In this document: piece by piece, positions 29,729 through 41,399 of the stretch
Layout: every line of letters starts with the position of its first letter
How positions within the stretch are numbered: position 1 is the first letter of the stretch
NCBI RefSeq assembly: GCF_009914755.1
Contig: NC_060925.1
DNA: 64,000 nucleotides
Origin: the human T2T-CHM13v2.0 reference genome, Homo sapiens
Direction: 5' to 3' (one strand)
Notes under the pieces: generated by a model
The model's input: the letters and a program-made list of their open reading frames with translations, nothing else
Told to the model about the DNA's origin: nothing
Databases searched by the model: none
Position numbers and translations under genes: made by a program

Positions 29729-29940
29729 AGAGTACAGTGATTATGAGCTCAAATTTTGGGGCAGACTGCTCAAGTTTTAATATAGATTTTGGTAACTCTA
29801 AGTTCTGTGGCCTTAAGTAAGTTATTTAACTCCTCATGTTTAAAATATGGGCTCTATTAACTGTGCCTACCTCATAGGTGGTTATAGCATGAACCAAGTA
29901 GATACATGAAAAGCACTTAGAACAACACCTATCTAAGTGT
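29729..29940 (+). mobile_element. MIR
   Basis: ctgtggccttaagtaagttatttaac..; cctacctcatagg; aaagcacttagaaca. Confidence 0.75.
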
Positions 29941-30649
29941 TTACACTTGTTCTAGGTTTCAGGGAAGGATGATATAGAATTATGTTATGGCACAGTACTA
30001 CCATGTTCTAGAAAGTTCGTTCACTGTGTCTTAAAAACTTATTTTTTCCCCAGCTTATGAAAATTACCATTTTGTTGTATTATCTTAAAACACTTTATTA
30101 TTTTCATTCATTCCATCATTTTTCATTGTGTTGCAATAAGCATTGCTTTATTTTTATTTTCACATTTACACTCAATCCTCACTTATTTCCACACATTTAT
30201 TGGATAATTAAATATAGGCACTAGTGTTAATAGCTTTGCTACTACATACGCTGAAGTGAATTGTGTTAGAGGAATCTTCTCTTGCTTGTTGATGCAAAGG
30301 TCGCCTAATATAGTAAATATGATGTCTGTGAAATGTCCACGATTCATTAAAGTGAGAAAATTTCAGCACTTTGAAGAAATTAAATGTCTGCTGCAATTAT
30401 CTTAAAGCAATGCCATTCTGTTTTTATTGACATATTGTTTTAAAGGTGACAGAATTTATTGACACTTTTAGTTGTTTACTTTAAAAAAGCTAAACTAAAT
30501 TTAGTTAAACAGGTTGATAAATACATTTGGCTTTTAACATATAATCTGTTATTTTTCAAGTCTGGAGGACTAATAAATGCATTCACATAGTAAAGGACTT
30601 GGAAAACTAAACATTCTATTCATTATCACATTCCACATTATCAGACTTA

Positions 30650-30770
30650 ATAATTATACTAGATTACATAATTGTTTGCTATATGCATGGCATTGAGCTA
30701 AATTGCTTTTGTGTATTAGTTATCTAAGTACTCACAGCAAACTTTGAGGTAGACTCTACTGTTGACTAAA
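30650..30770 (-). mobile_element. MIR fragment
   Basis: ctatatgcatggcattgagctaa..ctcacagcaaactttgaggtag. Confidence 0.5.
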
Positions 30771-33427
30771 TTTAAAAATATAAAATTCCATTTCTTTATT
30801 GTATATAATTATTTTTTCTGCATATATCCTGGCCACAATGTAAAGCAGTTTAAAATTGAGATCCTGTTCTGTAATCTACCTTTGCCTCATGTTGTGCTAA
30901 AAACCAGCAAATGGTCACCAATTATTAGATACCAGGTACAAATTTTAAGCTTAGAAATGAGATTTAAATAAACTTGTCAAATATTTAAAGAAATAGTTTA
31001 CAACTTGAAGTTTAGGGCAAAATATTAAATGATATAGTGTCAAAAATAATAATGATGATTTGCTCTGCTAAAAGTTGAAACCAAATATTGCTAATTCTCC
31101 AAGTTTATTTGAAAGTATGCATTACTCTAAGTAAATGGCAGATATTAAAATCTGTTTTTAATGTAATCTCATAAAATTTGACCTCAGGGTTTGGGATAGG
31201 GAGGGGAGAATTATAGGTAACATATAAACAATTTTATAGCAAAGGTGTTATGATTATTTATTTCAATGTGAGATAACAGTTGTGTCTCCTTTGAAATTAG
31301 GGCCTGCCTTTCTAAATCTCACTAGGAAATAACCTACAAAGTTTAAATTTTTGACCAAAAAAAGAAACCCACCACTGACATGTTTAGATTAAAAATGTAT
31401 TTTAAAAATAATGCTTGTCAACCTTTATGGAAAGTAATCATAGAGCCAGTGCTTCATGAAATTTAACTATTTGCCATAAAAAAGTGTTGCACTTCATTTC
31501 CAGGAATCTGTGTTTTTTCGAAGTCTCTACTTGTTCCCTAGCAAAGTAGGGGTTTTAAATTAGATTATTTTATTGATTTGCTAATTTCTATAACAAATCA
31601 CTTTGTTGATTTAGATGTAAGTTCACCTCATAATTTAAATGAAAGTATGATTCCAAATGATTTCTGATGTTCCTTTTAGCTTTAAAATTCTAATTTGTAG
31701 TTTCCAAATGTACTTTATTATCTGATGACTTGTTATTATCTGAGGACTGTTTACTAAATAATGTTTAATAATGTAATAAATAATATTTGGGATAAAGGTG
31801 TCTGAAAGCATTTCACTTAGAATATGATAAAAAAGAACCAATTAAAATGAAACTCCTTCATTTTGGGAAAAAATATACTAAAAGATTCTATCATAACTAT
31901 TATGTAGAAGATATTTTGTCATTTAAACATACTAAAATTATTTTAATATTTATACAAAACATTATTTACCAAGCCTTTAGATAATACATACTTTGGAAAC
32001 TACCAATAGTTAAATAGAATTTTGGAGGTAGGAGAAACCTCAGAAATCATCTAGAATCATACTTCCATTTAAATTATGACCTTAATTAGCATTATTAAAA
32101 TTATTTTATTGTATGCATTTGTTTAATGAAAAGATATATACATCTTTATATTAGCAAGAAAATAATATAAATATGTTTTGGTTTCATTACTATCATAGCT
32201 CTCTTACAGTATTTAAAGGGTTAATTGAGAGACTACATGAATAAAATAATTTTTCTGTTAACGCTTTTATTTAGACTCGTCTGGGACACATAAACTAAGA
32301 CATGCAATATTCTACCATCTCATTAAGCTTGTGTTATAGAAATGAGAGAACCTAGTGATTATTTGCCCTTGTAACACTAAAAGGAAAATCCGAATCTTAA
32401 GTAGTAATTAAGAAAACCAAAACTACATTTTAAACAAAGCATCTCTTATTTAGGCATGCCATTTTCTCTTTTCTTTCGGGAAAAAATAGCCTTGAATTTA
32501 ATTGTATAATTTTACATCATTCTTTTAGGAACTGTTTAAACTATTCCTCTAATTCTCTTTGTATTTCTCTTCACTTTTATGCATACTATTTTTTAGCAAT
32601 ACATTATTACTGATTCTGTAATTAAGATATTTTTGTTTTTCCTTGAAAATGGCTAAATAGCTTAGCCTCATTCTGAACTGTTGGGGAGTGGGAATGGAGG
32701 TTTTCTGGGAGTGTTTTTCTTTTTTTTTTTTAGTCTTTTCAGTTTTTGCTTTGGAACAGAAAATAAGCCCTAAATCCATTCAGTAGTCTTTTCCTTCTGC
32801 AAGCAAGCACAGACTTTCACAGAGAAACAGCATTGCAAAGACAATGTACCTTATGCAGAAACCAGTGCTTCAGATGAAGGTTAATGGTTTGAACTGCAAG
32901 AATACCAGTCTACAGACTGTAATTAGGAGTCTCTGATGAAAGCCTGAATTATGATATGAAAAAAAATCTGCTCCTTCATATTAATGTTTATCTTTCACTC
33001 TTTCTGTGTACCTTTTCTATTTTAATGGCACATTTATCAAAATATCATATGCTCATTAATCTTAGGTTACAGGAAAAATATAAGTTCATATTGCATTTCA
33101 ATAAAGGCATTTTATCCCCTTCTTAGATTCTTTCAGACAAAAGAAGGAACCAATGTTACATTATATCCTAAATGTTGCTTACGTTTTTTTGTCAGTGGAA
33201 ATTATACAAAGGTCAACTTTTTCTCTGATTTCTAAGAAGTACCTATTTTACTCAATTTCACAACTAAATGTATTTATGGAGTATTGGTTAATACCACTGG
33301 AAATATTACAGAAAGATTGAATCAAATAAATAAATATACCATGACCTATATACTTGTGTGTTATATTGTTGTTCTAAGTAGCATTATTCTAAATTCTCAT
33401 GAGTAAGATGATACATTTGTGGGTAGA

Positions 33428-34060
33428 TGTGGTAAGCAAGACTTTTAGATGGTCCCCAAGGTTACAGGTCCCATGTAAATGTCCTGAGTGCTCACCTCCC
33501 CTGGAGTGGGGAAAAAACCTGTGAATATATGAGATATTATTTTTGTGATTAGGTAACTAACTAGTTGACTTTGAGTTAATGAAAAATGAAGGTTGGCTTG
33601 GATCTGGCTTAATCAAAGACAGCTTTAAAAGATGAAGCATCAGTTATATGCATTGTAGCCTAAAGAGAGCAACATTGATTTTAGAAATTTCCTATGGGAG
33701 GAGTGATTAGACATGGCGTGAAAATGTGAGCAGCCTCTGGGAAGTGAAAGTGGTTTCCAGCTGACTGCTAGACAAAACACAGGGACTTCAGTCATTTCAG
33801 ACATACTATCACAAGGAAATGAATTTTGTTAATAATTTGAATGAGGTTGGAAGTGGATCTTTCCCAAGTCGAGCCTCTTAGAACCACAGCATGTCTAACA
33901 CCACAGTATGGTCAAGACTTCATTACAGTCTTGTGAGATGCTGAGCAGTTAACACATACCTAAAATCTTGACCCATGAAAGTTGTTAGATTATTAATGGG
34001 TATTGTTTTAAGCCTCCATGATTATGGTAAGTTGGTATGCAGTAATAGTAAATTAAAATA
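33428..34060 (+). mobile_element. MaLR solo LTR, MLT1E-like
   Basis: tgtggtaagcaa..agatggtcccca; agttgactttgagttaat; gaggttggaagtggatct; tgttttaagcc..tatgcagtaatag. Confidence 0.8.
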
Positions 34061-34319
34061 ATTTGGGTATTTCACTTTCTAAATATTCAGCAAATTATAT
34101 CTATATAATTAGGTGAAAGAAAAAATCTATATATTAGAAAACTATAACCTTTGATATAAGCTAAATTAAATAATTTAAGACAGCCCTAAAATTAAATTTC
34201 TGAAAACATTTAGCTGTTTAGAAATAACTTGGGACTTAATTGTATTCATTATTATTAAGATCACTTAAATATTATTCATAAAATATAATATATTAAAAAA
34301 TCACAATTCTGGGATTCAC

Positions 34320-34985
34320 TTTTTTCCTGCTTCACCAAACCTGTTTCTTCTACAATTGTTTCTTTCTTAGTTAATAAAAAATAGTATTCTACCAGTGGTT
34401 CATGCCAGAAACTTTGACATTTTGTACTTCTCTTATTATTTTACCCCACATGAAATCATCAGCAAACTCTGTTAGCTGTTTCTTCAAAATTCCTTGAATC
34501 TGACCCCTCCTAACCCTGACCCATGCCAGGAACTCTGATGGAAACCTTAAGTCTTACCCCATTTTTCACCTGTGCTATGCCTCTAACAGGTTACTGTCAC
34601 TTATTTATGTGAAAGATACATCTTGTTCTTCCTCCTTTCAAAGTGTTCCAATGACAACTGGTTTCCCCATAATGACAGCCAAATAAAGCCCTTCCAACAG
34701 AACCTATTTTATCTGGCCTTCCTTTACCTCTCTGGCATCATCTTTGACTAATTTTTCCTGCTCTAAGCTTCTTGGTTCTGTTGCTTTTTTTCAATTTTCC
34801 TAACATACCCCTCAGTTCTTTACCCATGTTCTTTTTTCCCCTCCATCTGAAGCACTATATTTCAGTCTTCACCAAATAGGACCTTCTCAGTGAAGGCTTT
34901 CTTTTTCTTCTCTGTAACACCCTTGTCAATCTTCTTTCCTTGCTTAATTTATTTCCATAGCAGTTATTGTTTTCTAATATATTCC
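34320..34985 (+). mobile_element. L2 3' region
   Basis: Pyrimidine-rich; ccaaacctg.ttcttct; atcagcaaactctgttagct..cttcaaaat; ttctcagtgaaggcttt. Confidence 0.6.
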
Positions 34986-35923
34986 ATCTCAATCTAAAAT
35001 TATAATAGTAGGTATTTTGGTTTTGCTTTGGAATTAAAAGATTTCTAATTTTTAGTAGATTAATTATTGATAATCATGCCTTCCAGTGTTTAATTAGACC
35101 TGCCATATATTATGTTTAGTGTGCCTACTAAAGCAAAAGAACATGCTTTATGGTGGTACAATTCTTCTCACTTTCTCCTGAGTACTGCTTTGCTCACTAA
35201 TAATTTTTTTCCTGTATTTTTCTTTTATTATATCAGTAACACTGGTTTTCTATTTTCATATATTTAAGATAAATCTTATCTTATTCATTCTGTCCATCAA
35301 AGACCAAATTCCTAAACTGCTCCTTTTTATTGAATTGTATATGAAACAACTTGTATGAGTTTAGGTATGTATGTAACTAAGGTATTTTAGAATGAGTAAA
35401 TTATATTGCATTAATTCTGTAAGTTGTAATATCTAAACACGCATTTCAAAGCAAGAACTGTTTGGGGGGGTTTCTTTCCTATGAAAGAAATGTTCCAGAT
35501 AGTAAAAAATATTGAGAAAAAATCACTGTGCTTAACGTTCAAAAATCTTTTATCTTATTTTATTTTTATGATACTCTTATAGTAAAGAGGGCTTGGCACC
35601 TTTAATAAGAATATATAATATAAAAAAAACACAGTGGACATTTTAGTGTATTTGATAACCAGAAATTTTAATAACTACTTCAAGTATCAGGATATTTGTG
35701 TAATGTGACAAGGATGAAAAGACTATATGAAAAAAACAATTTGAAATTCAATTTTATTTTGGTATATATTTTATCACTCATACACCATCAAAACTTGAGA
35801 TTGGTTCTTCTGCTGAATATATATCTTCTGTAATGTTGAATTACTTAGTATATCATTTTTTAAACAAAGAAATGTTAAAAAATGTGCTAAGAGATTAAAA
35901 TATTCTTTTCTAAGAAGCCTCAG

Positions 35924-36200
35924 GATTTGGAGGTGTCTTGGGGCTTCTCAACAAATAATTCTGTGGCTGTAGGGACAGCTCAGACACCTCAGCCTCACAC
36001 ATGAGGTGAATGGTATAACAGCACGTTTTAGACAAATAGTGAAAAACGACAAGTGCTATAATGACATCCAGGTTTCTTATGTGACCTGGGATAGTTCATT
36101 TTGTGCTGCCAATCCCAGATATGTTGCCGTATGCATAGAGGTGTGTGGGAGGGGAGAGTTGTGCTCCATTGCCCAAGAATTTGAATGAGATTCTTCATTC
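35924..36200 (+). pseudogene. CORO1C: Coronin-1C (CORO1C) retrocopy fragment: putative 5'UTR plus codons ~1-58, disabled
   Basis: ATG at 36001 reads M R * M V * Q against CORO1C MRRVVRQ (Arg codons decayed to stops). After a frameshift it reads [39 protein letters not shown] against [39 protein letters not shown]. Homology stops near 36160. The symbol names the parent gene. Confidence 0.9.
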
Positions 36201-36215
36201 AAAACAGTAGGAAAA

Positions 36216-36710
36216 TGTCTGCTTGCCTGGATTAGCAGCCTGAGCCACCCCACCATTGACATGCAGAGACTATGGTGAAGCGGGGCCTTTCCCACTCCAT
36301 GCCCAGGCAGATCTCCAGGCATTCAGAGCACCTGCTTTCTCCTGTGCAGAGATCATGGTGCAGTAGGGCCCCCTCTGCTTCATGCCCCTGCAGATCTACA
36401 TGCATTCCAAGCAGCTGCTAGCCTGAATCAGCAGTCTGAACAACTCCGCCCTTCCTGTGCAAAGACTGTGATGCAGCAGGGCCCTCACCATTCCACACTC
36501 AGGCACATCCCCAGGAAGTTGGAATACCCATTCCCCTGGATCAACAGGCTAAGCCTCCACACCCTTCATGTGCAGAGATTGTGGTGCAGCAGGGCTATCA
36601 ACACCTGACTCCTTGCCATATCTCCAGGTATCTTGAACACCCATTATCCTGGAATAAAAGTTTAGGCTGCCCCTCCTCCCTATGCAGAGAACTTGAGGCT
36701 GAGGAGGATT
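36216..36710 (+). repeat. About five diverged ~113-bp tandem units in the L1 5'UTR
   Basis: Recurring cctggat.agcag..tga..c..cccttcctgtgcagaga..tggtgcagc.gggcc..cagatctccaggca. Confidence 0.8.
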
Positions 36711-39700
36711 CTCAGCTCCACACTTAGTCACACCTCTGGGTGCTTGGTGGCCACTCGCTGGATTCTCCCTCAGTACTGGTGTTTGTGCCTGCCATTGTAG
36801 GACCTGTAGGTGGGCTTGCATGGTCCTTCCTCATCCATCTTCTCCCCACTCAGTGTCTGAGCACACAGCTCAGGTCACTTTGCACTTCATGGCTTAACCC
36901 ATTGTCTGAGGCAACAGAGAGCTTCTCCTGGTAAACAAGGATCAGGTATATACCCAGCCCCATTATCCATAGTTGGCTCTTACTTATAAGCACAATCTAC
37001 TGGCTTGTAAGTCAAACTACGCAACCCAGTAAAAAACTGGTGACAGAAGTGCATAGGGCCATAGAAGCAAAGCCAAAAGACCCTACTCAGCATTCTCTAC
37101 AGTCACTCCCTGAAGGAAGGGGAGGAACTGAAATGAAATACAGTAATATCATAGAGAAAAAGGCAAGGACACAATTTGCTATCCACATGAAAATAATTGC
37201 AAAAATTGGAAGTGCCAGTGTCTTCAGATGAGGAGCCAATGCAAGACTTCTAGCACTGTGAAAAATATGAATGTAGTGACATCACCAAAGGATCACACTA
37301 ACTCTCTCCACCAACAGTTCCTACCAAACTGGAAAGTCAGAAGTGACAGAGAAAGAATTCAAAGCAGGGATTTCAAAGAAGCTCTACAAGATCCATGACA
37401 ATGCTGAAAAACCACACAAAGAAAACTTCCAAATCACCCAAGGAAATGAAGGAAGAGATAAACATCTTAAAAATAAATTAATCAGAGCTTCTGAAATTGA
37501 AAACCTCACTTAAGGAAGTTCAAAATACAATTGAAATCTATATCAATAGACCAGACCAAGAAAAAGAAGTAATTTCCCAACTTAAAAGCCAGTCTTTCAA
37601 ACTAACCCACTCACACAAAAATAGCAAAAAGGAATTTAAGAATATGAACAGTCGTTGAGAAATATGAGATGATGTAAAGTGACCAAATCTACAAATTACT
37701 GGCATTACTGAGAGAGAAGGAGAAAAAGCAAATAACCTGGAAAACATATTTGAGGGAATGATTCAAGAAAACTCTTCTAATCTTCTAATCTTGGTGGAGG
37801 TAGACATATTGATACAAAAAATTCAGAGAACACATGCAAGATACTATACAAAACATATCTCACCAGGGAATATAGTCACCAGACTCTCCAAAGTCAGCAC
37901 TAAAGAAAAAAAAATCTTAAAGACTCAGAGAAAATGGGCAGATTATGTACAAAGGGAACCCAATCATACTAACAGCGGACATTTCAGTAGAAACCTTACT
38001 AGCAAGGAGAGATTGGAGGCCTATTTTTGGCATTCTTAAAGAGAAAAAAAATCAATTGTCCCACCAAACTAAGTTTATCCCAGGAAACTAAGTTGCATAA
38101 GAGAAGGAAAAATCAAATATTTTCTAGGCAACTAAGAGCTAGGGAATTTCTTACCACTAGATCAACCTTACAAGAAAACTTTAAGGGAGTTCTACATATG
38201 GAAATGAAAGAATGATCCTTGCTACCACAAAAACACACTTTATTACATAGCCCACAGACCCTGTAAAGCAACCACATAATAGAAACTGCAAAGCAACCAG
38301 CCAACAACTTCACAATAGCATCAAAACCTCACATATCAATATTAACTTTCAATGTACATAGTATAAACGCCCCCACTTAAAAGACACAGAGTGGCAAGTG
38401 GGGTTAAAAAAATACCTCATCAACCTGCTTTCTTCCAGAGACACATCTCATGGCTACGCAACACTCATAGGCTAAAAGTAAAAGATAGAGAAAGATCTAT
38501 CATTCAAATGGAAAACAAAAATTAGCAGGAGTTGCTATTCTTTTATCAGATAAACCAGACTTTAAACAAACAACAGTAAAAAAGTACAACAAAGAGCATT
38601 ACATAATGATAAAAGGTTCAATTCAACAAGAAGACTTTACTATCTGAAATATATATTTACCCAACAGTAAAGCACACAGATTCATAAAACAAGTACTTGT
38701 AGACCTAAGAAAATACTTAGTGACACAATAATAGAGGGGGGTCCTCAACACTGCATTAACAGTGTTAGATGAAACATTGAGGCAGAAAACTGCAAAGATA
38801 TTCTGGACTTTAAATTCAGCATTTGACTAATTGAACCTAATAGACATCTACAGAATGCTCTACCCATCAACCATAGAATATACGCTCTTCTCATCTCAAA
38901 GAAAATATACTCTAAGATTGACTACGTGCTTGTCCATAAAGCAGGTCTCAATAAATTCAAAAAATTGAAACAATACCAATCATACTTTCAGACCACAGTG
39001 GAAAAAAATTAAAACAAAGAAGATTTCTTAAAAGTCCACAATTACATGGAAATAAAACAATTTGCTGCCAAGTGATAGGTACATAATGATATTAAGGCAG
39101 AAATCAAAAAAAATATTTGATATAAATGAAAACAGAGACACAACATACCAAAATCTATTGTATGCCAGGAAAGTGGTGCTGACAGTAATGTTTATAGTGC
39201 TAAATGCCTACATTGAAATGCTAGAAGGATGTCAAAATACTGATCTAACATAATACTTAGAAAAACAATTTATTGAGAACTACAAAACACTGCTGAAAGA
39301 AATCATAGACAACACAGACAAATGGAAAAATATTCCATCATCATGGAGTGGAAGAATCAATATCATTAAAATGACCATAATGCCCAAAGTAATGTACAGA
39401 TTCAATGCTGTTTCTATCAAACTACCCATGTCATTTTTACAGAATTAAAAAAAAGCTATTATAAAATTTATATGGAACCAAAAATTAGCCTAAGTAGACA
39501 ATGCAGCCATAAGCAAAAAGAACAAAGCTGGAGGAATCCCATGGCCCAACTTCAAACTATACTATGAAGCTACAGTAATTAAAACTGCTTGGTACTAGTA
39601 CACATATAGACATATAGACCAATGAAACAGAATAGAGAACCCCAAAATAAGGTTGCATACCTATAGCCACCTGATCTTTGACAAAGTCAACAAAAAATAA

Positions 39701-41029
39701 GCAACGGGGAAAGAATTCCCTGTTAATAAATGCTGCTGGAATAGCTGGCTAACCATATGAAGAAGAATGAATCTGGACTCTTACATTTCACCACATACAA
39801 AAATTAACTCAAGATGGATTAAAGACTTAAATGTAAGACCTTAAACTATAATAATCCTAGAAAAAATCCTGGGAAATATCATTCTAGACATCAGCTTTTA
39901 CAAAAAATTTTTTACTAAGTCCTCAAAAGCAATTGCAACAAAAGCAAACATTGAAAAATGGGACCTAATTAAGCTAAAGAGCTTCTGCACAGCAAAAGAT
40001 ACTATCAACAGAGTAAACAGACAACCTATAGAATGGGAGAAAATATCCACAAAGTATGTATCTGACAAAGGTCTATATTCAGAATCTATAAGGAACTTAA
40101 ACAATTCAACAAACAAAAGCCAAATAACCCCATTAAGAAGTGGACAAATGAGAAGTGAACAGACACTGCTCATCAAAATACATATAAGTCAACAACTAAC
40201 ATATGAAAAAAAATTGCTCCACATCACTAATTGTCAGAGAAATGCAATGCAAATCAAAACTACAGTGAGATACCACCTCACACCAGTCAGACTGGTTCTT
40301 AGAAAAAAGTCAAGAAACAACAGATGCTGATAAGGCTGCTAATAAAAGGAAACACTTACACACTTTTGGTGTGATTATAAATTTGTTCAGCCACTTTTCT
40401 CAGAAGTTTGTGGATTTCCTCAAGAGTTTAAAACAGAGCTACCATTTGACCAATTGGATGTAAACCCAGTGATCTTATTACTGGGTTTAAACCCAAAAGA
40501 AAGTAAATTGTTCTAATAAAAAGACACATGTGCTCATATATTCATCACGGAACTATTCACAATAGCAAAGACATAGGATGAACTTTGGTGTCATCAAGGG
40601 TGGATTGGATTTAAAAAAATGTGGTATATATACATCATGGAATACTATGCAGCCACAACAAAGAATGAAATCATGTTTTTGCAGCAACATGGACGCAACT
40701 GGAGGCCATTATTCTAAGCAAATTAATGCAGGGTCAGAAAACCAAATACTGCATATTGTCACTTGTAAGTAGAAGCTAAACACTGGCTACATATGAACAT
40801 ACAGATGGGAACAATAGACACCAGGGACTATTGGAGTGGGTAGAGAGGGAGGAGAGCAAGGGCTGAAAAGCTACCTATTGGGTGCTGTTCTCACTACCTG
40901 AGTGATGGGATCATGCATACTCCAAACTGCGTCATCATGCAAAATACCGATGTTAGAAATCTGCAATGTACTCTTCAAATCTACAGTAAAATTTGAAATA
41001 TTTTTAAAAACACAAAAAGCAAGCAAGAA
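36216..41029 (+). mobile_element. Long old primate L1 (L1PA16/17-L1PB age): partial 5'UTR, decayed ORF1, ORF2 with large internal deletion, 3'UTR
   Basis: ORF1-like peptides (IIQENxxNL..VDIxIQKIQRT..RYY); ORF2 endonuclease start near 38315 (cacatatcaatattaac); C-terminal region and 3'UTR; TSD aaaacagt(a)ggaaaa at 36201-36215 and 41030-41043. Confidence 0.93.
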
Positions 41030-41399
41030 AAAACAGTGGAAAAGGAAAAGTAACAAAGAAGGCTAAGTGATCATTGTAGAGCCATTTTCAGACTTAGATA
41101 ATAGCAGTTTACCTTAAAACATGTTTATTAAATTAATAATGAACTATTATGCAATTGCACACGTCTTTAATTTGCAGAAGAAAAGAAAGATGTGGATACA
41201 TCTCTGAGATAAAGCTGCCCTACATTTCCTTACCCTGAAAATAGACCCAGCCTGCTAATACCAATCAATGTCTTTGGGTTCACCAGAGTCAATTTGATTA
41301 TGCCCTTTGCTCTGTTTATTATTGTTGTCATAAGAAGCTATAGTCGTCTTGGTTATCCATCATCTTCTCCATCCTCTACACCCCATATAGTTCATCTCC

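Noticed and set aside
28045-29739. gagtacagtg at 28045-28054 and 29730-29739 as the Ricksha TSD
   Set aside because: The second copy lies at the start of a MIR with no right terminal repeat before it; probably chance
36006-36188. 60-aa ORF as a functional coronin microprotein
   Set aside because: GTG start, the true ATG frame has stops at codons 3 and 6 plus a frameshift, and it covers only a small part of the beta-propeller
35924-41029. CORO1C-L1 template-switch chimera formed in one insertion
   Set aside because: The L1 has its own TSD (36201-36215 / 41030-41043), indicating a separate, later insertion
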